DNA from: Candidatus Latescibacterota bacterium
GTDB lineage: Bacteria > Latescibacterota > UBA2968 > UBA8231
Reading direction: 5' to 3'
DNA: 64,000 nt
Assembly (NCBI GenBank): GCA_965248265.1
Contig: CBDFJF010000001.1
Span: forward strand, 672,001-736,000
Shown piece after piece: positions 38,486 to 48,985 of the stretch (position 1 is its first letter; each line of letters opens with the position of its first letter). The notes below the pieces were generated by a model, which saw only the letters and a list, made by a program, of their open reading frames with translations, had not been told where the DNA came from and ran no database searches. The position numbers and the translations under genes were made by a program.

Positions 38486-39529
38486 ATGGCTCAGTATGAA
38501 GACCGCAACGAAGACGGCCAGGACGAGGACGAAGAGGCCGGAATCCCAGCCATGCAGAAGATCGCCATTCTCTTCGTCGCTCTCGGGCAGGAGACCGCCG
38601 GTGAGGTGATGAAGTTCCTCACGGACTACGAGATCGAGGAGATCACTCAGTCCGTCGCCAATCTGAAGAACGTCAGCGTAGAGCAGCAGGACAGGGTGAT
38701 GGAGGAGTTCGAGCAGCACCTCCTCGCCGGAGAATGGGTGAGCACGGGGGGAATGGACTTCGCGCGCGGTGCGCTGGAACGTGCGGTGGGACCGCGCAAG
38801 GCACAGGAGATTCTGGATCGGGTCGCCAGCACCACCACCTCGGGTTTCTACATGCTCAAGAACGTCGCTCCTGAGCAGATAGCCCCCTTCATTTCCCACG
38901 AGCATCCGCAGACTATCGCCCTGATTCTCTCGCAGCTCGATCCGGCGCAGGGCGCCGGCATTCTTAGCAACCTGCCGGAGCGCATGCAGTCAGACGTGGC
39001 CTACCGCATCGCCACCATGGAGAACATCACACCGGCCATCCTCAAGGAGATCGAGGAGGCACTTGAAGCCTCGCTGCGCGACATCCTGGGCGGCAACCAG
39101 GATGTGGGTGGTCCCGGAGTGGTCGCCGACATGCTCAACCTGACCGGTTCGTCGGTGGAGAAGAACGTGCTGGACCAGATGGACGCCCAGGATCCCGAGG
39201 TGGCCGAGGCCGTGCGCAACCTCATGTTCACCTTCGCCGACATCTCCAAACTGACGGACCGTGAGTTGCAGGTACTGCTGCGGGAGGTGGATCAGAAGGA
39301 TCTCGTCGTCGCGCTCAAGGCGGCCGAGGAAGAGCTGAAGGACAAGATCCTCGGCAACATGTCCGAGCGTGTGCGCACGTTCATTACGGAGGAAATGGAA
39401 TTTCTCGGTCCGATGCGCCTCAGCGAGGTAGAGGAAGTTCAACTGCGCATCGTCCAACAGGTGCGGCAGCTCGAGGAGCAGGGCCAGGTGACGATCGTAC
39501 GCGGCGACGCTGACGACTCCTTCGTGTAG
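38486..39529 (+). CDS. fliG: flagellar motor switch protein FliG
   Basis: KIAILFVALG, GG.DFA, EHPQTIAL, GG, MFTF.D, NMSER and GP.RL.EVEE.Q motifs. Confidence 0.9.
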   Translation: MAQYEDRNEDGQDEDEEAGIPAMQKIAILFVALGQETAGEVMKFLTDYEIEEITQSVANLKNVSVEQQDRVMEEFEQHLLAGEWVSTGGMDFARGALERAVGPRKAQEILDRVASTTTSGFYMLKNVAPEQIAPFISHEHPQTIALILSQLDPAQGAGILSNLPERMQSDVAYRIATMENITPAILKEIEEALEASLRDILGGNQDVGGPGVVADMLNLTGSSVEKNVLDQMDAQDPEVAEAVRNLMFTFADISKLTDRELQVLLREVDQKDLVVALKAAEEELKDKILGNMSERVRTFITEEMEFLGPMRLSEVEEVQLRIVQQVRQLEEQGQVTIVRGDADDSFV

Positions 39530-39897
39530 CAGACCTGGCGCGGCACAGTCGATCAAATCAGACTCGAAAGATCGGATAGGAATAGGCAGCCAGCGCGTAC
39601 GACCTGGATCGGGTGCACCTCACGTTGAGCTTCTCTCCATAACTTCCTGCACGCATATAGCCGAGATCCAGATCTCGTGAGGAGATCCTCAACTTCTGAC
39701 TGGCGATCTTGGCATGCCCATCGGAGACAGAATGCGATGGGCGGGAGTGTAGGCCAGCTCTCCTGCAAGCCGCCCAGACCATGGCCAAGAGGACCTCTGA
39801 CTGTCGCCGCAGTCCGGAGGCCCTTTCCGGCACCAGCACGGGGACGATGGCTGGTTTTTGGTAGGAGAGCCCACCTCTGCGAGGGTGGGCGCCAATG

Positions 39898-41481
39898 TCA
39901 TTTTTCCATCAATCGGTAACGATCTACCTCACTACCCTGGGCATGCCAGATTTCGTTCGCTGTTCCGGGGGCAAAATCAAATCCTTCCAAATGCATCACT
40001 GGTTCGGCGATGTGCCAAACGCGCCTGGGATGTCGCCGTTGGTCGGTAAGTTTGTCAGGGATATCAAACTCGAAGAGACCATCCATGCTGCCAAACGTGT
40101 GAATCGAGTAGAGCTTTCGCCCAACGATCCGGATTCCCTGAGAGAAGTGCATTGCCTCTGGATATCGGAACACGCCATCGCGTTCGATCTTGTCGCCATC
40201 GATCCGATAACGATGGATGCCCAGATCGCTAAGGTCGCCGACCCAAACGTTGTCGCCATCGAAGCAAACAGGATCGATCCATGTGACGTCTTGCGTGATG
40301 TCCCAGGTGTTGACGACAATCAGATCGCTGGCGCGAATCTTGGCGATGATCGAGCGGTTCAGCTTCGGATCGTGCTTGCCGTTCTCTGGGCCCTGCAAAA
40401 GCCCTGCCCACAGGAAGCCGTCGTGATAGTCGATCGCGCCGATGTGGTTCACACCTTCGATGTGAATCTCCTTTTCTTCGAGCAAGTTCCATTTGTTGTC
40501 GTAGCGGAAAATCGAGCGCGCGGTGCTGGTGAAATAGTGCTTGTCGGTAAGAGCCATCCCTTGCTGAGCGGCGCCGTTGGCAAGTATGTGTTGCTCGAGC
40601 AAGACGGATTGCGGCCTTTCGAGGCCTAGCTGCTTCAATCGTGAGCGATAGGTCGGCTTCAATCGCGGAATGCTTTGTTTATCTGCAACCTTCAACATCG
40701 CGGCGACTCGATCGACCAGAGGGAACTCGACTCCCGCCTCGAACAGCGTGTTCACTTTGCCGGCTTCGTTCGCGCAACAGTAGTTGATGCGGATTCGATG
40801 CTGTTTGAGAACCGTCGAATGAGCCGGGTCGACCGACTTGGCACCGAGTAGTTGAATGAATTCCGCTTTCATGTCGATTGTTTCGTTGACATACTGCAGC
40901 GTGTTCGCCTGCCGTTCCAAATTGCAGATCATGACCCGGGGCTCAACACGCTTGGCGGCGCGAGCGGCAACGGTTCCGCACGCCAGAAACGCTTGATGCA
41001 ATCGATCATTGGCCATAATGCTCTTGGCGACTTCTGCAGCCAACTTCGCCTCGCCCTTGAGATGCACGTTGAGCCACACGTTGTCCGGCATGACCGCGAG
41101 CGCTTCATCGAACGTGGGAATGCGCTCACCCTGGAACTGGTCATCCTTCCACCCACCGGCATCCAGCTTCTTCAGCTCTTCCAAAGTCAATTGCGAGACC
41201 GCCCCTTCCCCGTTTGTCGTGCGGTCGACGGTCGCGTCGTGCATCAGCACCAGCTTGCCGTCTTTGCTCATCGCGACATTAAGCTCGATCATCTGTGCGC
41301 CCAGGCGAATTGCCTCATGGAACGCGGCAAGCGTGTTTTCCGGGTGAGTGTCGCTCGCGCCGCGATGGGCGCAGATACCGCGCGTTGGCATCTCGATCTC
41401 ACCTGATGCGCTTCGCCCCTGCATTATCGCCGCGGTGATTATTGCGAGAAGAATCGCAGGTGTTTGATGTGACTGTTTCAT
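39898..41481 (-). CDS. secreted glycerophosphodiester phosphodiesterase with C-terminal beta-propeller-like domain
   Basis: Signal peptide; AHRG, PENTLAAF, HD.TVDRTT and RIPT..E motifs; beta-rich C-terminal half. Confidence 0.85.
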   Translation of the reverse strand: MKQSHQTPAILLAIITAAIMQGRSASGEIEMPTRGICAHRGASDTHPENTLAAFHEAIRLGAQMIELNVAMSKDGKLVLMHDATVDRTTNGEGAVSQLTLEELKKLDAGGWKDDQFQGERIPTFDEALAVMPDNVWLNVHLKGEAKLAAEVAKSIMANDRLHQAFLACGTVAARAAKRVEPRVMICNLERQANTLQYVNETIDMKAEFIQLLGAKSVDPAHSTVLKQHRIRINYCCANEAGKVNTLFEAGVEFPLVDRVAAMLKVADKQSIPRLKPTYRSRLKQLGLERPQSVLLEQHILANGAAQQGMALTDKHYFTSTARSIFRYDNKWNLLEEKEIHIEGVNHIGAIDYHDGFLWAGLLQGPENGKHDPKLNRSIIAKIRASDLIVVNTWDITQDVTWIDPVCFDGDNVWVGDLSDLGIHRYRIDGDKIERDGVFRYPEAMHFSQGIRIVGRKLYSIHTFGSMDGLFEFDIPDKLTDQRRHPRRVWHIAEPVMHLEGFDFAPGTANEIWHAQGSEVDRYRLMEK

Positions 41482-41560
41482 ATCGAATTGACAATCTAAA
41501 TCAGCTGGCCTTAGTTGCCCACCTCCACTGGCGACAACCGCCAAATCTAGGAGGCACCAC

Positions 41561-42595
41561 ATGGCCCAGGTCCCATGGTTTCGCGAGATCGAGCTGTACA
41601 CCTTCGGGTTCGGTGGCTACGACACCTACCGCATACCTGCCCTGGTCACCACCACCTCGGGCTCCCTGCTCGCCTTCTGCGAGGGCCGCCGCGACGGCCC
41701 CGCCGACGACGGCAAAATCGACATCGTCCTCCGGCGCAGCACCGACGCCGGCGCCACCTGGGACGAACAACGCGTCGTCCAGGCCGATGGCGAGGAGACC
41801 ACCGGCAACCCCTGCCCCTTCGTCGACGTCGAGACCGGCGCCGTCTGGCTTTCGTACTGCCGCAACAGCGACCGCGTCTTCCTGACCAGAAGCGACGACG
41901 ACGGCCTCACTTGGTCTTCTCCCGAAGAGATCACGACGCTGGGGGCCAAAGCACCCGAGTGGACATGGTACGCCACCGGTCCCGGCCACGGTATTCAGCT
42001 CTCTACCGGCCGCCTGCTGATACCGTGCGACCACGGCATCGGCAGCCGCCAGGAGGCCCCCTACTCTTACTCGCACGCCCTTTACAGCGACGACCACGGC
42101 CGCAGCTGGCAGTACAGCGAGGAACTCCCCTACGGCAGCAATGAATGCCAGGTGGTCGAAGCACAGGGCGGCAAAGTGTACATGACCTCCCGCAACCCGG
42201 TGGCCGGCGGCCGCACCGAAGCCTGGAGCAGCGACGGAGGCCACAGCTGGTCCGAGCTCGTCGTCCGACACGACCTCCCCGACCCGGTCTGCCAGGCCAG
42301 CATCGTCCGTCTTACCGACGCGGACAGCGGCGATCGAAATCGGATCCTGTTCTGCAATCCGGCCAACGCCTCTCGCGATAACATGACCATCCGACTGAGC
42401 TATGACGAATGCCAGACCTGGCAGGTCTCCAAGCGCCTGTACCTGGGCCCCTCCGAATACTCCGACCTCGCGATCGCCGGGGATATGACCATCTGTTGCT
42501 CGTACGAGCGAAGTAGCGACGAGTATTACGAGAGCATCCGCCTGGCCCAGTTCAACCTCGAGTGGCTTACCGACGGCGCCGATTCATTGGGGTAG
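41561..42595 (+). CDS. sialidase (GH33) family protein
   Basis: YRIP motif and Asp-boxes (STDAGATW, SDDDGLTW, SDDHGRSW, SSDGGHSW). Confidence 0.92.
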   Translation: MAQVPWFREIELYTFGFGGYDTYRIPALVTTTSGSLLAFCEGRRDGPADDGKIDIVLRRSTDAGATWDEQRVVQADGEETTGNPCPFVDVETGAVWLSYCRNSDRVFLTRSDDDGLTWSSPEEITTLGAKAPEWTWYATGPGHGIQLSTGRLLIPCDHGIGSRQEAPYSYSHALYSDDHGRSWQYSEELPYGSNECQVVEAQGGKVYMTSRNPVAGGRTEAWSSDGGHSWSELVVRHDLPDPVCQASIVRLTDADSGDRNRILFCNPANASRDNMTIRLSYDECQTWQVSKRLYLGPSEYSDLAIAGDMTICCSYERSSDEYYESIRLAQFNLEWLTDGADSLG

Positions 42596-42730
42596 CTGTT
42601 TGGCCGCCTGGACGACGCTCTCGACAAGAACGTATTCGTTGGGCCCGTAGCAATGGTAGAGCATGCCGGGCCCGAACGGGGGGATGCAGGGAATGCCGGC
42701 CAACAGCTGAAAGGACGTCGCGTCGGTGGC
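42584..42730 (-). pseudogene. C-terminal fragment of an M20 (ArgE/DapE) peptidase
   Basis: TDA.SF...GIP.I..FGPG......PNEYV. Confidence 0.55.
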
Positions 42731-42734
42731 CACC

Positions 42735-43035
42735 GGAAACGTCGACAGCTCCGGCACCTGGCAGTGCAGCCTACAGTGCGTCAAAGGCAGCGCTAAGCAC
42801 CTTGAGTCTAACGATGGCCCGCGAGCGGACAACCACAAGCATCCTCGTAAACGCCATGAGCCCTGGTTTTCTCCAAACGGATATGAACCCACATGGCACC
42901 CAACCGCCGAGCGCTGCAGTGCCGACGGCCATCGAGCTCGCCACACAGCCTGATCACGGTCCGAGCGGACGATTCTACCGCTTTCAAGAAGAGGTCACCG
43001 TGATCCCTGCGTCGTCGAGGTCGTGGACGAAGTAG
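42735..43035 (+). pseudogene. C-terminal fragment of an SDR oxidoreductase
   Basis: AYSASKAAL, VNAMSPG..QTDM and GPSGRF motifs; the Rossmann N-terminus is absent. Confidence 0.65.
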
Positions 43036-43482
43036 CGTCAGCAGCGCGTCGTGGTTGTCCGTCGGCGACAGAAACTGATGGTCATCTCTCTTGTGCCTGT
43101 TTTAGAACGCCTCGATCTTGGTGGGAAGCGGCCCGATTGGAGGATCGACATGAATCGTTTACGCGCCATAGGGCTGCGAAATCAATCTGTTCACGCAGGT
43201 GATATTACAATGCTGGAACTGCTCGAACGAGCACGGCGTGTAACCCGTTCGTGAGCATAGTCCTCGCCCAACTCCCTCCTGCGCCACGGCGGGGGCGTTG
43301 CCGTCCGTCAGGTCCTATGTCTGATGGGCGGTCGAAATGATGGTTTCGTCTACGGTCGGAACTTTGTGTCCGAACCAACGTCAATTCAGCGAGCCACATG
43401 ATCCTACACTCTGATTGGCTGACACCTTCCTTTTGGCCCAAGAGTTCCCCACACATATGCCTACCAAGCCTGGCGCTGATAG

Positions 43483-44865
43483 TTGACCCCGCATACACAT
43501 TGGGTTGAGCTGATTACGGCAGAATCGGCCGAATCGCGCTTTGTGCGTCATCGTCGGCTTATACGCTTTCCGCAACTTACCATGCCGCTCATCGCTGCCT
43601 ATACACCCGCTCACTGGCGAGTCACCCACACTGACGAGATAGTGCAGCGTGTCCGTTTCGACAGGCCCTTCTCACTGGTCGCCATAACGGCTAACACCGC
43701 AGCCGCTCCACATGCTTATGCCCTGGCAGCCGAATACCATGCCAGAGGCATTCCCGTCGTGATTGGAGGGCCACATGCGACGCTGATGCCGGAAGAGGCA
43801 ACCCAACATGCTGATGCTGTCGTTGTCGGAGAGGGAGAGCTTGTATGGCCCAGCCTGCTCCGTGATTGTGAACTGGGGCAGCTGTCATCGGTATACCGAT
43901 CTGAGGACCTGCCTGATCTGAGGAGTATGCCGGCACCCCGCTGGGATTTGATCAAGGGGCGCGTATACGGAAAAGGAGTCACCATCGCGACGAGGGGATG
44001 TCCGTTCGACTGCGACTACTGCTCAATTCCGGCCATGTATCAACGCCGCATGCGCTACCGACCAGTCAACGAGGTCGTGGATGAAGTTCGCCGCATGCCC
44101 GGCCGGGCACTGGTCTTGTGGGACGACAACATCGGCGCCAACCGCAAATACGCCAAAGAACTCTTCGAGGCACTCGCGCCACTAAACAGATGGTGGACCA
44201 GCCAGGCTACCCACGACGTCGCATTCGACGACGAATTCCTCACTCTAGCAGCCAGGAGCGGATGCAAAGCCCTGTTCCTCGGCCTCGAATCCACCTCCCA
44301 GGAGAGTCTGAACGCTGCCAACAAGCGTCACAACAAAGTTTCCGTCTACGAGGACGTAGTGCATAGATTCCACGAACACCGAATTGCGATTCAGGCAGGA
44401 ACAGTCTTTGGATTCGATCACGACGAGCGATCCATTTTCCGGAACACGGTGGATTTTTTCCGCGACATCGCCATCGACTCAGCGACCATCGGCATCCTGG
44501 TCCCCTACCCCAACACACCTCTGTTCCAGCGCCTCGAATCAGAGGGGCGCATCCTGACGCGGGATTGGTCGAAATACGACGGAAAGAAGCATGTAGTCTT
44601 CAAACCTGCCCGGATGTCTGCGGAAGAGTTGCGCATGGGCACGGAGTGGGCAGCTCGCCAATTCTATTCAGTCGGCTCAATTGCTGAGCGCATGTGGAAA
44701 TCGAGGACAGGCCTCTGGTGGAATATTGCCCGTAACGCTGGATACCACTTGGCTCTTCGCAATTTCGGTAGCGTGGGTTATGACCCGGCCGCAGCGAAGA
44801 GATGGAGCAACCAGACCGACAGATCAGGACGAAACAATCTGCCTGGGACGCCGGTTGACCTTTGA
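43483..44865 (+). CDS. B12-binding radical SAM protein
   Basis: VVIGGPHAT, GEGE, RGCPFDCDYC and GLES motifs. Confidence 0.92.
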   Translation: MTPHTHWVELITAESAESRFVRHRRLIRFPQLTMPLIAAYTPAHWRVTHTDEIVQRVRFDRPFSLVAITANTAAAPHAYALAAEYHARGIPVVIGGPHATLMPEEATQHADAVVVGEGELVWPSLLRDCELGQLSSVYRSEDLPDLRSMPAPRWDLIKGRVYGKGVTIATRGCPFDCDYCSIPAMYQRRMRYRPVNEVVDEVRRMPGRALVLWDDNIGANRKYAKELFEALAPLNRWWTSQATHDVAFDDEFLTLAARSGCKALFLGLESTSQESLNAANKRHNKVSVYEDVVHRFHEHRIAIQAGTVFGFDHDERSIFRNTVDFFRDIAIDSATIGILVPYPNTPLFQRLESEGRILTRDWSKYDGKKHVVFKPARMSAEELRMGTEWAARQFYSVGSIAERMWKSRTGLWWNIARNAGYHLALRNFGSVGYDPAAAKRWSNQTDRSGRNNLPGTPVDL

Positions 44866-45019
44866 GCAGCTCAGGAATATCACGGATACGGAAGATATCC
44901 CTGGTGGGGCTGACGCAGATTCAGGCAGGGTTGCAGAGTGCGTCGTGAAGCCAGCAGCGATTGGCTCATTGTTGCTGCGTCATAGCGACCATCACCTCCA
45001 TACTCCGAGGCGCGCATCC

Positions 45020-45442
45020 TTAGCTGATCACTCGACTGTACAGCACAGCGCTCTCGTCTGGCCCATAGAAGTCCTTTAGGATCGCATCCACCAGGAACCC
45101 GCTGGCGTCGTAGAAACCGCGTCCTTCCTGATTCCTCTCTTCGCAGAGTAGGTATACTCGCCATAGGCGGTAACCCAGATTCAGACCGGTGATATAGGAC
45201 TTCATGTCCGCAAGGCCGGCTTCCCAGAGCATCGTTCCCAAGCCCTTGCGGCGATCCATCGTATTGTAGATTGCCATCTCCTTGATCTCGGCTGTAGCCG
45301 ACCAACGGCTGGCTAGTCTCCAGACTAACTCACCACGAATACTGTTCTCAGCATCCAGTAGACGGACAGCCCTTTGACCCTCGATATAGTCAGCGTTATC
45401 GGCTGGCTCATGCTCTCTCATATGCACAATATCGATTTTCAT
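45020..45442 (-). CDS. GNAT family acetyltransferase
   Basis: RRKGLGT.L, N..GR.FY..SGF and FYG motifs. Confidence 0.8.
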   Translation of the reverse strand: MKIDIVHMREHEPADNADYIEGQRAVRLLDAENSIRGELVWRLASRWSATAEIKEMAIYNTMDRRKGLGTMLWEAGLADMKSYITGLNLGYRLWRVYLLCEERNQEGRGFYDASGFLVDAILKDFYGPDESAVLYSRVIS

Positions 45443-45767
45443 TGCTCGCCCTCGTATGGTTTGTCTGATGTAACGGACAGCAATCGCTGCTTGCGGAGTG
45501 GCGTTAAGCGCCTGGTGACTCCCGCCTGCACGCACGTCATCCCCTCAGACTATTGACTCAAATCGGTCGAAGAGCTCAGAAACTGTCGTCGTGCGCTGCC
45601 CGACCTCGAGATACTCGAACACTTTTGTTCGCACGAGCATGCCGACGACGTCAGCCTTCTCGGCGTCGCCGAGGAAACCACCATGCTCACGATAGCCGGC
45701 AAGAAATGACTGAAAGAGCGTTACATATCGGCCGTCGTTGGCCCCAAGCCTGCTTCATCCATGTCGA

Positions 45768-46125
45768 TCAGTGAGAACGACGTCCCGTCGGCCAACGTGT
45801 TCGCGCGCAACACAGGTCACCGTGAATAACGCTCCACCGCATCCGGCTTCTCCACTCGAGATCTCGCTCGCGATCGAGCAATCTCATCACTTTCGAAATA
45901 TCCTCCGACGAGAACAGACCAGAATCCCTGACATGCTGACGGAATTCCGCCTCCCGATTGAAGCCGGGTATGATGAAATCTTTGATGTACAGCGACTTGT
46001 TCAGCAGATGGGTATCGACTTCAAGGCCGGCCACGTGCAGTTTAGCCACCAACGTACCGGTGCGGTATGCTGTATCCCTCACATTGCGGTTCCACATGTG
46101 TTTCGCCAGTCTTTATGCATTTCAG
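45768..46125 (-). pseudogene. internal fragment of a phosphotransferase
   Basis: G.LVAKLH and VIHGDL motifs; truncated at both ends. Confidence 0.45.
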
Positions 46126-46167
46126 TTTAAATCACGACCAACCTGCTTGACGGAGTGCCACAGACCG

Positions 46168-47097
46168 ATGCAACATGGACAGACCACCAAACAGCTCGCG
46201 AAGAAGATCGCGGAAATGGATTATGCGCCATACACCCCGGAGGAGGTGCGCCAGCGGATGGGAATTTCTACGATGTCGCTGATGGCCGACAGCGATCCGA
46301 ACCTGGGGGTCGATGAGCAGGCATTACGTCGTGCGGTCGAGGTAGGAGCGTGCAAGATCGAGATCGGTGCCGACTACGGCCCAAGTCATTTTCCTTACCA
46401 TGACCCGGCAGCCATCAGGGAGCTGAAAAAGCTATATAAAGATTGTGGCGCAGAAATTTATTCTATCCACTCGCCGTACGGTCACGATCCGCTTCAGTGG
46501 GACCTGGAAGATTGCAAACGACTTATCGAAACGATGGCTGCCGTCGGCGCCAAGGTATTGCTGTTGCACTGCCTTGTCTGGGGCAAGAAGCAGTGGGGGC
46601 CGGCGGTAGAGGTGATGAACCACCTTGTGCGATTGTGTCGGCCGCACGACATCTGGCTTTCCATCGAGACGGATCTGGACATGACGCACGACGCCAATTT
46701 CGCCGATTGGTTTGAGTTCCCGCAAGTAGGTATCTGCTGTGATACCGGACACACGGGCGCGTTTTTCGGCGGGTTAAACATTCTGGAGATGCGATACAAT
46801 GCCCTGCGCTGCATGACAACGTCGGTCGGCAAACTGAACCATTTACACCTGTCGGACGTCTCGGTGGAGCCGCGTGCCCGTCCCCATGCGACCCAAGAGC
46901 TGAGGCCACGCCGCGACCACTGGCCTCCGGGTCAGGGCTCAAGCCACTGGCAGGGGTTTATGCTACCCATCAAGGCCATGAATTATCCTGGCGCATTTAT
47001 CTTTGAAATCTGGACAGAAGACCCGCAGCGCTTTGAAAAACTGGCGACATTCCCGGAACGCCTGGCTGTTGGAGAGCTTGGCAAGTATGAAGCGTAA
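46168..47097 (+). CDS. sugar phosphate isomerase/epimerase (xylose isomerase-like TIM barrel)
   Basis: SIHSP, SIET, DTGH, HLHLSD, H.PPG.G and YPG..IFEI motifs. Confidence 0.82.
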   Translation: MQHGQTTKQLAKKIAEMDYAPYTPEEVRQRMGISTMSLMADSDPNLGVDEQALRRAVEVGACKIEIGADYGPSHFPYHDPAAIRELKKLYKDCGAEIYSIHSPYGHDPLQWDLEDCKRLIETMAAVGAKVLLLHCLVWGKKQWGPAVEVMNHLVRLCRPHDIWLSIETDLDMTHDANFADWFEFPQVGICCDTGHTGAFFGGLNILEMRYNALRCMTTSVGKLNHLHLSDVSVEPRARPHATQELRPRRDHWPPGQGSSHWQGFMLPIKAMNYPGAFIFEIWTEDPQRFEKLATFPERLAVGELGKYEA

Positions 47098-47265
47098 TTT
47101 GCGGATGGGCATTGTCTTCTTCCTGTCATGGCGCTTCCGATGTTATGAGTGATCCGGTAAGATGGTCTCATCTCATCGGTGCATTATCCAGGTACCGCAC
47201 TGGCCGACTAGAAGCAAGCCCTTGTCAAGCGGGCAAGACTTAATCTGGAAAAATCCGGAGAAAGG

Positions 47266-48798
47266 ATGGGGACCATTCCGACAGCAAGTCTCTACAACTG
47301 GGCGATGAACGAGCAGTCGTTTCGACGGGGTACCCAGACGCTGCGCGGATCACACGACATTATCTCGACCGAGCCGGTGCAGGTTGGACACGACCGTCAG
47401 TTGCTCATGGACTTCCATGTCGTGGAGGACCTAAACAACGCTCGTCGCAGGGTGCACCCACCAGCCAGGCACCCAGAAAATCCCGTCATCACCATGGAAG
47501 CCCTGGAGGGCAAGGCCATGCCCTATGGCGGAACGGTCTTGCAGGACGGCGACACGGGCAGGTTGCGCATGTGGCTGAGCCTTGGGGATCTTCGCCAGAC
47601 CGGGGCCGCTCAGTACGGGTGTTGCTGCGAATCCGATGACGGACTTCTGTGGCATGCAGCCGACCAGGAGCCCAGCAGTCGCAGAGGCGTCAAAGCCGAT
47701 GCTGCCGCACTGGACAGCACCCGCACGACGCCGGGGTCGGTCCTGCTCTTGCCAGAGCGCATGCATGATCGAGGCCGGTATGGAATGTGCTATGCGAACT
47801 ACCTGACGAAAGAGCAGATTCCCCATCCGGAGACGATGCACCACATGCGGTACTTCACCGCCTTCAGCGAGGACGGTATCCACTGGACCGATGCGCCGGA
47901 AAATCCCGTCTGGGTCGGCCGCAACGACGGCACCAACTCCATAGTCTACAACGCAGAACGCGATGTATTCATGATCTACCGTCGGTCCACCATTAATGCA
48001 GGAGAAATCCGGCGGATCGCTTATTCAGAGAGCCGCGACCTGATCTCGTGGACCCAGCCGGTCACTGTGATCACGCGGGACGAGCTGGACCCTCTGTTTC
48101 TATACGCCATGCCTGTTTCGTATTATCACGGTGTCTATCTGGGCTTCCTGTACCGGTTGGACTGGCACCCCGACTACGAGCAGAATCGAATGCTGGACAA
48201 TGGCAAGGACTTCAAGATGGACACCGAACTGGTCTGGAGCCGAGATGGCGTAAATTGGCAGCGCCACTTGCAGCGACCGGCGTTCCTGCCGCTGTCTTCC
48301 CCGAGCATGGGGGCGTACGACTGGGCGTTTGCTACGGGCATGAACAACATCATCGAGAGGGACGATGAAATTTTAATCTACTACGGTGGGCGCGAGTATC
48401 TGCACAAGCCCGGCGCACGGATCGACGAAGACCCGTTGCGCAGTCACATCTGCTTGGCCACGCTGCGGCGCGACCGGTTCGTCTCGGTCGGCACCAGGCC
48501 TGACGGTGGATACATGCTCACCCGGCCGCTGGCCTATCCCGGCGGGAGGCTGCACATCAATGCCGAGACCGCCCCTGATGGGTTTATACGCGTCGCGGTG
48601 CGAGAAGCTCGCGGCGTCCGAGATGGCGAGTGGCCCGAAGACTGGCGATTTGACAAGTCAGTACCATTCTCCGGAGATAGCATTGACCACACTATGGCTT
48701 GGCAAGGCGACAATACACTCGAAGCCTTCCCCGACAAGATGCTGCGTCTGCACTTCTGGATAGAAAACGCAGACTTGTATTCCTTCTGGTTTGAGTGA
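47266..48798 (+). CDS. five-bladed beta-propeller glycosidase-like protein (GH32/GH130-like)
   Basis: ESDDGL.W, SEDGIHW, SRDLISW, SRDGVNW and LRRDRF motifs; C-terminal beta domain (ADLYSF). Confidence 0.7.
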   Translation: MGTIPTASLYNWAMNEQSFRRGTQTLRGSHDIISTEPVQVGHDRQLLMDFHVVEDLNNARRRVHPPARHPENPVITMEALEGKAMPYGGTVLQDGDTGRLRMWLSLGDLRQTGAAQYGCCCESDDGLLWHAADQEPSSRRGVKADAAALDSTRTTPGSVLLLPERMHDRGRYGMCYANYLTKEQIPHPETMHHMRYFTAFSEDGIHWTDAPENPVWVGRNDGTNSIVYNAERDVFMIYRRSTINAGEIRRIAYSESRDLISWTQPVTVITRDELDPLFLYAMPVSYYHGVYLGFLYRLDWHPDYEQNRMLDNGKDFKMDTELVWSRDGVNWQRHLQRPAFLPLSSPSMGAYDWAFATGMNNIIERDDEILIYYGGREYLHKPGARIDEDPLRSHICLATLRRDRFVSVGTRPDGGYMLTRPLAYPGGRLHINAETAPDGFIRVAVREARGVRDGEWPEDWRFDKSVPFSGDSIDHTMAWQGDNTLEAFPDKMLRLHFWIENADLYSFWFE

Positions 48799-48819
48799 TA
48801 CAAGCGGCTACATATCACC

Positions 48820-48982
48820 CGGGTTCCCTGGGCCAAGCTGCTCGCCCGTGTGTTCGAGATCGATTTCGCCGCCTGACTAGCCCACCCTCGCGTGATCTGA
48901 ACGGATCGATGCGTTCGAAGGGGCCATTCCGAGGTCGAAATCGACACGAAAACCGATACCGTCAATAAACTTGCCTATCCCC
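48820..48982 (+). mobile_element. IS91/ISCR-like rolling-circle transposase 3' remnant
   Basis: Encodes WAKLLARVFEID and ends in ...CTTGCCTATCCC, resembling an oriIS end. Confidence 0.45.
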
Positions 48983-48985
48983 AAA

